Positions 29,905-40,982 of a stretch of DNA of 64,000 nucleotides are shown piece by piece. The notes under the pieces were generated by a model. The model did not search any database and was not told the DNA's origin. It worked only from the letters and a program-made list of their open reading frames with translations. Position numbers and translations under genes: made by a program. The stretch's first letter is position 1. Every line of letters begins with the position of its first letter. Source of the stretch: Candidatus Aminicenantes bacterium (GTDB taxonomy: Bacteria; Acidobacteriota; Aminicenantia; UBA2199); assembly GCA_963822075.1 (NCBI GenBank), contig CAWGGP010000001.1, positions 298,916 to 362,915 on the forward strand. The letters are read 5' to 3'.

Positions 29905-32543
29905 ATGGAAGACCTCGCCCCCACCCCGCTGCTGCGCCAGTACCAGGAGATAAAAAAAGCTATCCCGACGCCATCCTGTTCTTCCGCCTGGGCGATTTTT
30001 ACGAGATGTTCTTCGACGACGCCCGCACCGCCGCCCCGATCCTGGAGGTGGTGCTGACCTCGCGCAACAAGAACAAGGAGGGGGCGGTGCCGCTCTGCGG
30101 CGTGCCGCACCACGCCTGGGAGAACTACGCCGCCAAGCTGCTGCGCAAGGGGTTCAAGGTGGCCATCTGCGAGCAGATGGAGGACCCGGCCCTGGCCAAG
30201 GGCATCGTGCGCCGCGAGGTGACCCACGTCCTGACGCCGGCGACGGCGCTGGAGGTGGAGTCCCTGGACGCCGGGCTGAACAACTTCATCGCCGTCATCC
30301 GCCGCGAGGGCGGAGCCGTGGCGCTGGCTTCCCTTGATCTGGCGGTCGGCGATTTCGAGGTGAAGAGCTTCGCCGCCGGCAACGACGAGGCGCTGTTCAA
30401 CGAATTCTACCGCAAGTTCCCCAAGGAGATCGTCATCGCCCGGGGCTACGAGGGCGAGTTCCGCCTGTTCGTCAAGCGCTTTCCCGAATTCGCCGGCATC
30501 CTGGCCACCGTCTACGACGACGCGGAATTCGCCGCGCTGGACTGCGCCGAAGTCCTGAAAAAACAGTTCCACCTGGAGAGCATAGAGGGGCTGGGGCTGA
30601 AGGACCAGCCGGCGGCGGTCGGCGCCTGCGGGGTGATGCTCAAGTACCTGCGCTCCATCCGCACGGGATCGCTGTCCCACCTTCCCGCTCCGCGTTTCAG
30701 CGCCAGCGAGGAGTACATGGTCCTGGACGCCGTCTCGTTCCGCAACCTGGAGATCGTGGCCAACCTGCGCAGCGGCACCGCCGCCGGCTCGCTGTTCGGC
30801 GCCGTGGACCTGACCATCACCCCCATGGGCAAGCGCCTGCTCAAGAAATGGCTTTCCTACCCGCTGCTCGCCAGGGCGGAGATCGAGCGCCGCCTGGACG
30901 GCGTCGAGGAGTTTTCCCAGAACCTGATCGGCCGTTCCGAGGTGCGCAAGAAACTGAAGTATTTCGCCGACCTGGCGCGCCTCAATTCCAAGATCGCCCT
31001 GAACATCGCCCTGCCCCAGCACCTGCTCTCCCTGCGCGACACTCTGGCGCGCATCCCCGAGATCCGCGGCGACATCGAGGCCATGAAGGCGGAGATCGTC
31101 GGCGAGGCGTTCAGCCAGCTGCAGCCGCTTCCCGACGTGGTCGCCCTGATCGCAAAGGCGATCGCCGACGAGCCGGCCGGCACCATCAGCGAGGGGCAGA
31201 TCATCAAGGCCGGCTACCACCGGGAATTGGACGAACTGCGCGCCATCAGCCGCAACGCCAAGGAGATCGTGGCCGCCATGGAAAAGAGCGAGAAGGCGGC
31301 CACCGGCATCCCGTCGCTGAAGATCAAGTACAACAAGGTCTTCGGCTATTTCATCGAGGTCACCAACCCCCACCTGCAGCTGGTCCCCGAGCGCTACATC
31401 CGCAAGCAGACGCTGGTCAACGCCGAGCGGTTCCTGACCGCCGAGCTGAAGGAGCTGGAGGACAAGATCCTCAAGGCCGAGGAAAAGATCGTGGTCATCG
31501 AAAAGCAGCTCTTCCTGGAGGTCCTGGCCGGGATCCAGCGCTTCTCGGCGCAGTTGAACCTCAACGCCGACCTGATCGCCGTGCTGGACGTGCTCGCCGC
31601 GGGCGGCGAGCTGGCCCAGCGCCGGGACTTCGTGCGCCCGGAGATGAACGACGGCGCCGCCATCCGCATCCAGGACGGCCGCCACCCGGTCGTCGAGGCC
31701 GCCTCGGGCCGCGGCTTCATCCCCAACGACCTGAGCATCTCCTCGGAGAGCGAGCAGATCCTGATCATCACCGGCCCGAACATGGGCGGCAAGTCGACCT
31801 ATCTGCGCCAGAACGCCCTGATCGTCGTCCTGGCGCAGGCGGGCTGCTTCGTCCCCGCCGCCCGGGCCCAGGTGGGCATCTGCGACCGCATTTTCACGCG
31901 CATCGGCGCTTCCGACTCCCTGATCGAGGGCAAGTCGACCTTCCTGGTCGAAATGATCGAGACGGCGATCATCCTGAACAACGCCAGCTCGCGCTCGCTG
32001 ATCCTGCTCGACGAGATCGGCCGCGGCACCTCCACCTACGACGGCCTGTCCATCGCCTGGGCGGTGGTCGAGTTCCTGCACGCCCTGAAGGAAAAGCCGC
32101 GCGTGCTGTTCGCCACCCACTACCACGAGCTGACCGAGCTGGCCGCCATCCTCGAGCGGGTGCGCAACTGCCACATCGCGGTCAAGGAATGGCAGGACAA
32201 CGTCATCTTCCTGCACAAGATCATGCCCGGCCCGACCGACCAGAGCTTCGGCATCCACGTGGCCAAGATCGCCGGCATCCCGCGCGCCGTCATCGAGAGG
32301 GCCAAGGACATCCTGCTCAACCTGGAGAAGAAGGAGCTGAACCGCCTGGTCAAGGAGCGTATCACCGGGCGCATCGAAAAGGTGCGGGCCACCAACGCCG
32401 GCCTGTTTCCCGAGGACATGGAGCTGAAGGTCTGGGACGAGATCCGCGAAAAGCTGAAAGAGGTCGATATCTCCGGCATGACGCCGCTGGAAGCGCTGAA
32501 CATCCTGCAGTTCCTGAAAAACAAGAGCGACAAATTCCAATAG
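29905..32543 (+). CDS. mutS: DNA mismatch repair protein MutS (indel in the A-run near 29955)
   Basis: TPLLRQY / FRLGDFYEMF, TGPNMGGKST, STFLVEM, DEIGRGTST, FATHYHEL. Confidence 0.96.
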
Positions 32544-32610
32544 AGTTTCCCCTATTTGAATGAACGTTGGAACAATTGACATTTCAGACAAATATCCTCA
32601 AAATGTAAGT

Positions 32611-33135
32611 ATGGAAACGAAAGAAAATCAGCAAATACAATACCGGGAAGTTCAATACTTCCGCCAGATATGGCTCTGGCTACTGATTATTTTTAGTACC
32701 ATATTCTCCTGGTGGATAGCGATAAGCCAACTCATATTCAAAAAACCATTTGGCAATAATCCCGCCCCGGATAGTATTATGATTGTAATCTGGATTTTAC
32801 TTGGCATTTTCTTGCCATTTTTTTTCTTTAAATGCAATCTACTTGTTGAAATAAGCAGTGAAGGAATTTTTGTCAAATTTTTCCCTTTGCACGTGTCAAA
32901 AAAAAAGATCCCTTTTCAGGAAATCACCAGCATATCTGCAATTACCTTCAATCCCATAAGAGATTTCGGCGGTTGGGGCATTCGTTACGGAACAAAGGGA
33001 AAAGCCTATATTGTGAGTGAAAACAAGGGTGTGCAATTGGAATTTAAAGATGGTAAAAAATTGGTCATCGGCTCAAAAAATTCCGAACTACTCGCCCAAG
33101 CCATTTCTGGCAATCTAGAAATCAACTTCATTTAG
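32611..33135 (+). CDS. DUF6141-like membrane protein (two TMs plus a bPH-like domain)
   Basis: EVQYFRQIW, two TM helices, FGGWGIR, LVIGS; AT-rich. Confidence 0.7.
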   Translation: METKENQQIQYREVQYFRQIWLWLLIIFSTIFSWWIAISQLIFKKPFGNNPAPDSIMIVIWILLGIFLPFFFFKCNLLVEISSEGIFVKFFPLHVSKKKIPFQEITSISAITFNPIRDFGGWGIRYGTKGKAYIVSENKGVQLEFKDGKKLVIGSKNSELLAQAISGNLEINFI

Positions 33136-33206
33136 AAGGAAATCTATAAAATAGAGCGCCTAAAAAAGCTTTTCAGGCTTTCCTTTTTTGCAGAAAAAAG
33201 AACAAG

Positions 33207-33253
33207 ATTGCCTTGTATTTATTACTTATTTAATGTATTATTGCCTTGTATTT
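33207..33253 (+). repeat. 14-bp direct repeat ATTGCCTTGTATTT x2, 33-bp period
   Basis: Exact copies at 33207-33220 and 33240-33253. Confidence 0.85.
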
Positions 33254-33275
33254 TTACAAAACAAGGTGGAGAAAG

Positions 33276-34583
33276 ATGAAGCGAACGATTGAAAAAGCCT
33301 TATTAGCATGGAAACAGGACCCTAAAAGAAAAATCCTGTTGCTGCGCGGCGCCAGGCAAGTAGGCAAGACCTATTCCATAAGGGAACTTGGCAAGACTTT
33401 CAGCCGCTTTGTGGAAGTGAATTTTGAAGAAAACCCGGAAATTAAGCCTTTTTTTGAAAAATCGCTCAACCCTTTGGAAATTATTGAAAAACTTGCCATT
33501 TATTTTGGTACGCCAATTATTCCCGGGGAGAGTTTGCTTTTTTTTGATGAAATTCAAGCCTGCCCGGAAGCATTGAAATCTCTGCGCTTTTTTTATGAAA
33601 AAATTCCCGAACTTCATGTGGCGGCAGCGGGTTCGCTCCTTGAATTGGCAATCGCCGATCTGCCATCCTTTGGCGTTGGCAGAATCGAATCCCTGTTCAT
33701 GTATCCATTGACTTTTGCCGAATTCATGGCTGCGACCGGGAATCAAAAATTAAACAGCTTGATTGCCGAAGCAGCGCCGGAAAATCCTATAGACAGTATT
33801 ATTCATGAAAAAATACTAACGACACTCAAGATTTTTCAAATCGTCGGCGGTATGCCCGAAGTGGTTAAAGATTATCTGGAGACAAAAGATTTTAATCGCT
33901 GCCAGAAGCAGCTTGATAGCCTGGTAACATCGTGGGTCGATGATTTTGCCAAATACAAAAAACGTTCGCCGGTATTGCGCTTGCAGGAAGTCTTTAAAGC
34001 CATTGTTTTTCAAACGGGGAGCAAATTCAAATATTCCAATATTGCTGAGGGGAGAACAGAATCATACAAGGATGCTTTGGAGCTTCTAATAAAAGCCGGT
34101 TTGGCTTACAAAGTGTGTCATACATCTGCCCGGGGATTACCTTTGGGTGCTCAAATAAATGAAAAAAAGTTCAAGATTCTGATTTTTGACAGCGGCATCT
34201 ATCAACGCATCCTGGGTTTAAACCTCTCCGAATATATTGCTTCCGACCTGAAGCAACTGATCAACAAAGGGAATTTAGCGGAGTTGTTCACCGGATTGGA
34301 ATTGATAAAATCGGCATCTCCTTACAGCTATCCCGAACTTTATTACTGGCACCGGGAGGAAAGATCCAGCAATGCCGAAGTCGATTTTGTTGTGCAGGGA
34401 AAGAGTGGCGTAGTTCCTCTGGAAGTAAAATCAGGTACAAAAGGCCAGATGCAGAGCCTTAATATTTTTCTCAACGAAAGAAACCTTTCCACAGGCATCA
34501 GAATATCGGCTGAAAATTTTTCGCGCTATGACAAAATAATAACCATACCTCTATATGCCGCCTCCAGGGCGTACGAAATATAA
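33276..34583 (+). CDS. AAA_14 ATPase with DUF4143 and C-terminal PD-(D/E)xK-like domain
   Basis: GARQVGKT, FFDEIQ, AGS, GGMPE, DSG and EVDF...PLEVKS motifs. Confidence 0.9.
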   Translation: MKRTIEKALLAWKQDPKRKILLLRGARQVGKTYSIRELGKTFSRFVEVNFEENPEIKPFFEKSLNPLEIIEKLAIYFGTPIIPGESLLFFDEIQACPEALKSLRFFYEKIPELHVAAAGSLLELAIADLPSFGVGRIESLFMYPLTFAEFMAATGNQKLNSLIAEAAPENPIDSIIHEKILTTLKIFQIVGGMPEVVKDYLETKDFNRCQKQLDSLVTSWVDDFAKYKKRSPVLRLQEVFKAIVFQTGSKFKYSNIAEGRTESYKDALELLIKAGLAYKVCHTSARGLPLGAQINEKKFKILIFDSGIYQRILGLNLSEYIASDLKQLINKGNLAELFTGLELIKSASPYSYPELYYWHREERSSNAEVDFVVQGKSGVVPLEVKSGTKGQMQSLNIFLNERNLSTGIRISAENFSRYDKIITIPLYAASRAYEI

Positions 34584-34733
34584 CCTTCTTTCCCAACCGA
34601 ATTTTGGTAATCGCCAGCTTGCCTCATCTAAAAATTCAAATGAAAGGCAGGCTTTTTTTTAGCTGGACATACTATATAATGATAAAAAGACCGCAACTTA
34701 TGCGGATGTTCCATGTCCAGGGAGTAACGATTT

Positions 34734-35828
34734 ATGATGTCAAAGACAGAGCGGCAGTCGGCAGGCAAGCCCGTCGTGCTTGTGACCGGCATCGCCGGGT
34801 TCATCGGTTTTCATTTCGCCCGCCGCCTCCTGGCCGAAGGGCACCGGGTCATCGGCATCGACAACGTCAACGACTATTACGACGTGGAATTGAAATACGC
34901 CCGCCTGCGCGAGCTCGGCTTTTTGACCGCCGACACCGACTTGCTGCGCCAAAAAAACCAATCCCGCTTGGAGCTGCCGAATCTTGTGTTTTACAAGGCC
35001 GACCTGCAGGACCGCGAAAAAACGGCCGAAATTTTCAAAAATGAAAAACCGGAATATGTCGTCCACCTGGCCGCCCAGGCCGGCGTGCGCTATTCACTGC
35101 AGAATCCCTGGGCCTACATGGACAGCAATATCCTCGGCTTCATGAACATCCTGGAAAATTGCCGGCAGCACCCGGTGCGCCACCTGGTCTACGCCTCTTC
35201 TTCCTCGGTGTACGGCGGCAACCGCACCCAGCCCTTCTCGGTCCGCCACAACGTCGACCACCCCCTCTCGCTGTACGCGGCCAGCAAGAAAGCCAACGAG
35301 CTGATGGCCCACAGCTATTCCCACCTGTTCCAGATCCCCACCACGGGGCTGCGTTTTTTCACCGTCTACGGGCCCTGGGGCCGCCCGGACATGGCGCTGT
35401 TCATCTTTACCCGCAAGATCCTGCGCGGCGAAGCCGTCGAGATCTACAATTTCGGCGACATGAAAAGGGATTTTACCTATATCGACGACATCGTGGAGGG
35501 TCTGTGGCGCGTCATGAACAAGGCCCCGCAAGCGAACCCGGGCTGGGACGGCGCAAACCCCGACCCGGCCTCTTCCTCCGCGCCTTACCTGCTGTTCAAC
35601 ATCGGCAACAACCGGCCCCTGGACCTGCTGCGCTTTGTCGGTCTCATCGAAAAAAAACTGGGCCGGGAAGCGAAAAAGACCCTGCTGCCCATGCAGCCCG
35701 GCGACGTGGCCGAAACGAGCGCTGATATCGAAGACCTGCGCCGCCACGTGGGGTTCGCCCCGGCCACGCCGGTGGAAACGGGCGTGGAGCGGTTCATCGA
35801 CTGGTATATGGCTTATTATGGAAAATGA
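34734..35828 (+). CDS. NAD-dependent epimerase, UDP-glucuronate 4-epimerase-like
   Basis: TGIAGFIG, HLAAQAGVRYS, YAASK, FFTVYGPWGRPDMA, QPGDV. Confidence 0.92.
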   Translation: MMSKTERQSAGKPVVLVTGIAGFIGFHFARRLLAEGHRVIGIDNVNDYYDVELKYARLRELGFLTADTDLLRQKNQSRLELPNLVFYKADLQDREKTAEIFKNEKPEYVVHLAAQAGVRYSLQNPWAYMDSNILGFMNILENCRQHPVRHLVYASSSSVYGGNRTQPFSVRHNVDHPLSLYAASKKANELMAHSYSHLFQIPTTGLRFFTVYGPWGRPDMALFIFTRKILRGEAVEIYNFGDMKRDFTYIDDIVEGLWRVMNKAPQANPGWDGANPDPASSSAPYLLFNIGNNRPLDLLRFVGLIEKKLGREAKKTLLPMQPGDVAETSADIEDLRRHVGFAPATPVETGVERFIDWYMAYYGK

Positions 35829-35876
35829 AACCCGGCCGCTTGCGGCGGCCAAGGATCCATGGCTCAAGGAGCGGCA

Positions 35877-37256
35877 ATGAAATTCGCGAAGAACATCCTG
35901 TGCATCGGGGCCGGCTACGTGGGCGGCCCGACCATGGCGGTCATCGCCGCCAAGTGCCCCGGCTGCAAAGTGACCGTGGTGGACGTCAACGAAGAGCGCA
36001 TCCGGCGCTGGAATTCGGACGACCTGCCGATTTTTGAACCCGGACTGCTCGACGTGGTCCGTTCGGCGCGCGGCCGCAACCTGTTTTTTTCCGCTGACGT
36101 CGCCGCGGGGATCAAAGCCGCCGATATCATATTCGTTTCGGTCAACACCCCGACCAAGACCTTCGGCCACGGCGCGGGCATGGCTTCCGACCTGCAGTAC
36201 TGGGAGAAGACCGCCCACGAGATCGTGGCCCATTCGGACCGCGCCAAGATCATCGTGGAAAAAAGCACCCTGCCTGTGCGCACCGCCGAGGCGATGGAGT
36301 GCATCCTGCAGGAAAACAAGAAGGGCATCCATTTCGAGGTGATCTCCAACCCCGAGTTCCTGGCCGAGGGATCGGCGGTCAAGGACCTGCTGGAGCCGGA
36401 CCGGGTGCTGATCGGCTCGCGGCAGACCCCGGCGGGGCTGGCGGCGGCCCGCGAGATCGTGGACATTTTCGCCCACTGGGTGGCCGCCGAGCGCATCATC
36501 ACCACCAACCTGTGGTCCGCCGAGCTTTCCAAGCTGGTGGCCAACGCCTTCCTGGCCCAGCGCATCTCCTCGATCAACTCGGTCTCGGCCCTGTGCGAAA
36601 AGACCGGCGCCGACGTGGGCGAGATCTCGTTCGCCGTGGGCAGCGACCGCAGGATCGGCCCCCGTTTCCTGAACGCCAGCATCGGCTTCGGCGGCTCCTG
36701 CTTCAAGAAAGACATCCTGAACCTGGTCTACATTTCCCGCAGCTACGGCCTGGACGAGGTGGCGGATTATTGGCAGGCGGTGATCCGCATGAACGAATAC
36801 CAGCAGGAGCGCTTCGTCAGGATGATCATCGGCGAGATGTTCCATACCGTGGTCGGCAAGCGCATCGCGCTGCTGGGCTTCGCCTTCAAGGCCAACACCG
36901 GCGACACCCGCGAATCGCCCGGCATCTACGTGGCCGCCAAGCTGCTCGAAGAACGGGCGGCCCTGGTCATCTCCGACCCGCAGGCCCTGGATAACGCCCG
37001 GCGCGACCTGGCCGGGCTCGCCGGCACGGTGGAATACGAGCCCGATCCCTACCGGGCGGCGGCCGGCGCGCAAGGGCTCGCCGTCATCACCGAGTGGGAC
37101 CTCTACCGCGACCTCGATTTCAAGAGGATCTTCGCCTCCATGGGCAAGCCGGCGTTCGTCTTCGACGGGCGCAACATCCTGGACCACCAGAAACTTTTCG
37201 AGCTCGGTTTCAATGTTTTCCCGCTGGGCAAACCGAGCTTGACCCATTTCAAATAG
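35877..37256 (+). CDS. ugd: UDP-glucose 6-dehydrogenase
   Basis: GAGYVGG, EKST, NPEFLAEG, catalytic GFGGSCF, FKANTGDTRESP. Confidence 0.95.
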   Translation: MKFAKNILCIGAGYVGGPTMAVIAAKCPGCKVTVVDVNEERIRRWNSDDLPIFEPGLLDVVRSARGRNLFFSADVAAGIKAADIIFVSVNTPTKTFGHGAGMASDLQYWEKTAHEIVAHSDRAKIIVEKSTLPVRTAEAMECILQENKKGIHFEVISNPEFLAEGSAVKDLLEPDRVLIGSRQTPAGLAAAREIVDIFAHWVAAERIITTNLWSAELSKLVANAFLAQRISSINSVSALCEKTGADVGEISFAVGSDRRIGPRFLNASIGFGGSCFKKDILNLVYISRSYGLDEVADYWQAVIRMNEYQQERFVRMIIGEMFHTVVGKRIALLGFAFKANTGDTRESPGIYVAAKLLEERAALVISDPQALDNARRDLAGLAGTVEYEPDPYRAAAGAQGLAVITEWDLYRDLDFKRIFASMGKPAFVFDGRNILDHQKLFELGFNVFPLGKPSLTHFK

Positions 37257-37274
37257 GCGGGGCGAGGAGCGCGC

Positions 37275-39101
37275 ATGTGCGGGATCATCGGTTACTGCGG
37301 GGCCCGGGCGGCGAAGCCGATCCTGCTGGACGGCCTGAAGCGGCTGGAATACCGCGGCTACGATTCGGCCGGGCTGGCCGTGGTCGACGGCGGGAAGCTG
37401 AACCTCATCCGCGCCGTGGGCAAGGTGTCCGACCTGGAAAAAAAAGGCATTGCCCGGCCGCTGCCCGGGCACTGCGGCATCGCCCATACGCGCTGGGCCA
37501 CCCACGGCCGGCCTTCCGAGGAGAACGCCCATCCGCACTGCGACTGCTCCGGGAAGATCGCCATCGTCCACAACGGCATCATCGAGAACTACCTGGACCT
37601 GAAGGATGAGCTGGCCGCCCGCAAGCACGTGTTCAGGTCGGAGACCGACAGCGAGGTGGTCGCCCACCTGATCGAGGAATACTATGACGGCGACCTGGAA
37701 AAGGCGCTGCTGAAGACGATCGCGCGCCTGGAGGGGACCTTCGGCATCGCGGCCGTCCACGCCGACGACCAGGGCCAGGTCGTGATCGCCCGCCGCGGCA
37801 GCCCGGTCATCATCGGCATCGGCGAGGGGGAATATTTCGCCGCTTCCGACGCCAGCGCCCTGCTGCCTTACACCCAGAAGATCATCTCGCTCAACGACGA
37901 CGAGGTGGCGGTGCTGCATCCCGGCGGCTACCACATCAAGAACCTGGACAACGAGCTCCTGCAGAAGGAGATCGAGTTCCGCGAAAACCGCGACGAGCAG
38001 GCCGACAAGAAGGGCTTCGAGCATTTCATGCTCAAGGAGATCTTCGAACAGCCCGAGGCGATCGAGAACGCCTACCGCGGCCGCCTCATCGAAAGCGAGG
38101 GGGTTTCCAAGCTGGGGGGCCTCGAGCCGGTCCTGGAGCGGCTGAAGAGCGTGAAGAAACTGGTCATCGTCTCCTGCGGCACCAGCTATTACGCCGGGCT
38201 GTGCGGCCGCTATATCTTCGAGAACCTCGCCGACATGCAGGTCGAAGTGGAGATGGCCTCGGAGTTCCGCTACCGCAAGCTGAAGCTGAACGGCGACACG
38301 GCCGTCCTCGCCCTGTCGCAATCCGGGGAGACGGCCGATACCATCGCCGCCATCCGCGAAGCCAAGCGCAAGGGGGCGCTGATCCTCGGGGTGGTGAACG
38401 TCGTGGGGTCGGCGATCGCCCAGATCACCGATGCCGGCGTCTACAACCACGCCGGCCCGGAATTCGGCGTGGCCTCCACCAAGATCTACACCTCGCAGCT
38501 GGTGGTGCTGACGCTGATGGCCCTGCTGATCGGCAGGTACCAGGGGCTTTCCTTCGCCGAGGGCAGCGCGTTGATCCAGGCCGTCAAGAAGCTCCCGCGC
38601 CAGGTCAAGAAGATCCTGACCGACATCGAGCACATCAAGAAGCTGGCCCAGGAGTATGGGCAGTACAAGGATTTCCTTTTCATCGGCCGCCAGCTCAACT
38701 ATCCGACGGCGATGGAGGGGGCGCTGAAACTGAAGGAGATCTCCTATATCCACGCCGAGGGCTACGCGGCGGGCGAGATGAAGCACGGCCCCATCTCCCT
38801 GATCGACGAGTCCTTCCCCACCGTGGCCATCGTCTCCCAGGACGCCGCCTTCGACAAGATGCTCAGCAACATCCAGGAGATCAAGGCGCGCAACGGCCGG
38901 GTCCTGGCCGTGGCCAGCGAGGGCAGCGGCCGCATCGCCGACGCCTGCGACGACGTCATCTGGGTCCCGGAAACCCTGCCGATCCTGCAGCCGGTGCTGA
39001 ACATCGTGCCCCTGCAGCTGTTCGCCTATTTCATCGCCCGCGCCAAGGGCCGCGACATCGACAAGCCGCGCAACCTGGCCAAGTCGGTAACGGTGGAGTG
39101 A
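37275..39101 (+). CDS. glmS: Glutamine--fructose-6-phosphate aminotransferase
   Basis: [38 protein letters not shown]. Confidence 0.98.
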   Translation: MCGIIGYCGARAAKPILLDGLKRLEYRGYDSAGLAVVDGGKLNLIRAVGKVSDLEKKGIARPLPGHCGIAHTRWATHGRPSEENAHPHCDCSGKIAIVHNGIIENYLDLKDELAARKHVFRSETDSEVVAHLIEEYYDGDLEKALLKTIARLEGTFGIAAVHADDQGQVVIARRGSPVIIGIGEGEYFAASDASALLPYTQKIISLNDDEVAVLHPGGYHIKNLDNELLQKEIEFRENRDEQADKKGFEHFMLKEIFEQPEAIENAYRGRLIESEGVSKLGGLEPVLERLKSVKKLVIVSCGTSYYAGLCGRYIFENLADMQVEVEMASEFRYRKLKLNGDTAVLALSQSGETADTIAAIREAKRKGALILGVVNVVGSAIAQITDAGVYNHAGPEFGVASTKIYTSQLVVLTLMALLIGRYQGLSFAEGSALIQAVKKLPRQVKKILTDIEHIKKLAQEYGQYKDFLFIGRQLNYPTAMEGALKLKEISYIHAEGYAAGEMKHGPISLIDESFPTVAIVSQDAAFDKMLSNIQEIKARNGRVLAVASEGSGRIADACDDVIWVPETLPILQPVLNIVPLQLFAYFIARAKGRDIDKPRNLAKSVTVE

Positions 39102-39144
39102 GCGGGCCATGTCCATAACGAAAAGTCAACGCGGGGGGAACGCC

Positions 39145-40024
39145 ATGAAAGGAATCATCCTGGCCGGCGGCCACGGCACCCGGCTCTACCCCATCACCCA
39201 GGTGATGTGCAAGCAGCTGCTTCCGGTCTACGACAAGCCCATGATCTATTACCCGCTCTCCACCCTGATGCTGGCCGGCATCCGCGACATCCTGGTCATC
39301 TCCACTCCCGACGACCTGCCGCGCTTCCGGGCCCTGCTGGGCGACGGCGGCCGGCTGGGGGTGCGCTTTGCCTACCGGGTCCAGGAACAGCCGCGCGGCC
39401 TGGCCGACGCCTTCCTGGTCGGCGAGGAGTTCATCGCCGGCGAGCCCGTCTGCCTGGTCCTGGGCGACAATATTTTTTACGGCCAGGGGCTGACCGGCAT
39501 GCTGCGCCAGGCGCGTGGACGCCGTCGCCGCCGGCGGGGCGACCGTCTTCGGCTACGCGGTCAAGGACCCGGAGCGCTACGGCGTGGTGGAGATCGCCGC
39601 CGGGGGCAACGCCATGTCCATCGAGGAGAAACCCGCCCGGCCCCGCTCCAACCTCGCCGTGGTGGGCCTCTATTTCTACGATCGCGACATCGTGGCCGTC
39701 GCCCGTTCGCTGAAGCCGTCGGCGCGCGGCGAGCTGGAGATCACCGACGTCAACTGCGCCTACATGGCCAAGGGCCGTCTGCGCGTGCAGGTGCTGGGGC
39801 GGGGCTTCGCCTGGCTCGACACCGGCACCCACGAGTCGCTGGTCAACGCCACGATGTTCATCAAGGCCATCGAGGACCGCCAGGATCTCAAGATCGCCTG
39901 CCTGGAGGAGATCGCCTTCCATAACGGCTGGATCGACCGCGGCCAGCTGCGGAAGCTGGCCCAGCCCCTGCAGAAAAGCGGCTACGGCGACTACCTGCTG
40001 CGCGTGGCCGACGAAAAGCCGTGA
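39145..40024 (+). CDS. rfbA: Glucose-1-phosphate thymidylyltransferase (frameshift near 39512)
   Basis: [29 protein letters not shown]; second frame [18 protein letters not shown]. Confidence 0.93.
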
Positions 40025-40061
40025 CGCGTTTTGCCGCGCGCCCGGCCCGCCGGCATCGTCC

Positions 40062-40958
40062 ATGAACCCCGTTCCCGGGATCTGGCTGGTCGGCGCCGAA
40101 GGCATGCTGGGCCGGCAGCTGGCCGGCGAGTGGGTGGGGCGCGGGACCGCTTTTTTCGCCAGCGACCGCGAGGTGGACATCCGCGACCCCCGGGCGCTCC
40201 GGGAGTTCGTCCGCGGCAAGGAGATCGGCTGGATCGTGAACTGCGCCGCCTACACGGCGGTGGACCGCGCCGAGGACGACCCCGACGCCGCCCTGGCCGT
40301 CAACGCCTCGGGGGTCGAAAATCTCGCCCGGGTGGCGGCGGGGATCCGTGCCCGCCTCGTTCACTTCTCGACCGACTATGTTTTTGCCGGCGACCAGGCG
40401 GAGCCGTACCGGGAAGGCGACCCGCCGCGCCCGCTTTCGCGGTACGGCTGGAGCAAATGGCAGGGGGAACTCAGGCTGGCCGCCACCCTGGACGCGCATT
40501 TCCTCTTCCGCGTCAGCTGGCTCTACGGGGTCCATGGGCCGAATTTCGTCAAGACCATGCTGAAGGTCTTCCGCGAAAAAGAGTGTGCCCGGGTGGTGAA
40601 CGACCAGTTCGGCTCGCCGACCTACGCCGCCGCGCTGGCGGCGAACATCGCCGGGCTGATCGCCTCGGGCTGCGAGCGCTACGGCGTCTACCATTATTGC
40701 GACGGCGGAGTGATCTCTTGGTTCGATTTCGCCGTGGCCATCCAGGAGCTGGGACTGGCAGCCGGGCTGCTCGAGTGCATCATCCCCATCGAGGCCATCC
40801 CCACTTCCCAGTTCCCGACCCGGGCGCAGCGGCCGGCGCGCGCGGTGCTGGACAACGGCAAAGCCGTCCGCGACCTGGGCTTTCGCGTCCGCGACTGGCG
40901 CGAGAACCTGGGAGAATTCTTTCAGGAAATGAAAAAACTGGAGCCGGGGCATTCATGA
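40062..40958 (+). CDS. rfbD: dTDP-4-dehydrorhamnose reductase
   Basis: GAEGMLG, NCAAYTAVD.AE, STDYVF, YG.SK..GE, DQFGSPT. Confidence 0.93.
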   Translation: MNPVPGIWLVGAEGMLGRQLAGEWVGRGTAFFASDREVDIRDPRALREFVRGKEIGWIVNCAAYTAVDRAEDDPDAALAVNASGVENLARVAAGIRARLVHFSTDYVFAGDQAEPYREGDPPRPLSRYGWSKWQGELRLAATLDAHFLFRVSWLYGVHGPNFVKTMLKVFREKECARVVNDQFGSPTYAAALAANIAGLIASGCERYGVYHYCDGGVISWFDFAVAIQELGLAAGLLECIIPIEAIPTSQFPTRAQRPARAVLDNGKAVRDLGFRVRDWRENLGEFFQEMKKLEPGHS

Positions 40959-40982
40959 AACGCCGGCGCGGCGATCGGGCGC

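Noticed and set aside
29950-29960. Phase-variable mutS (mutator switch) at an A-run
   Set aside because: Indistinguishable from the many other homopolymer indels in this assembly without read data.
29730-32591. 953-aa minus-strand ORF (also 28088..29692)
   Set aside because: Antisense shadows of mutS and recD2.
35877-37256. Eukaryote-like UDP-glucose dehydrogenase as a sign of gene transfer
   Set aside because: This subtype is already known in several bacterial phyla, and its codon style matches the host.
37257-37274. glmS ribozyme
   Set aside because: Only 18 nt separate ugd and glmS, too little for the ribozyme.
35094-39116. 1340-aa minus-strand ORF
   Set aside because: Antisense shadow of epimerase, ugd and glmS caused by high-GC codon bias; no recognisable motifs.
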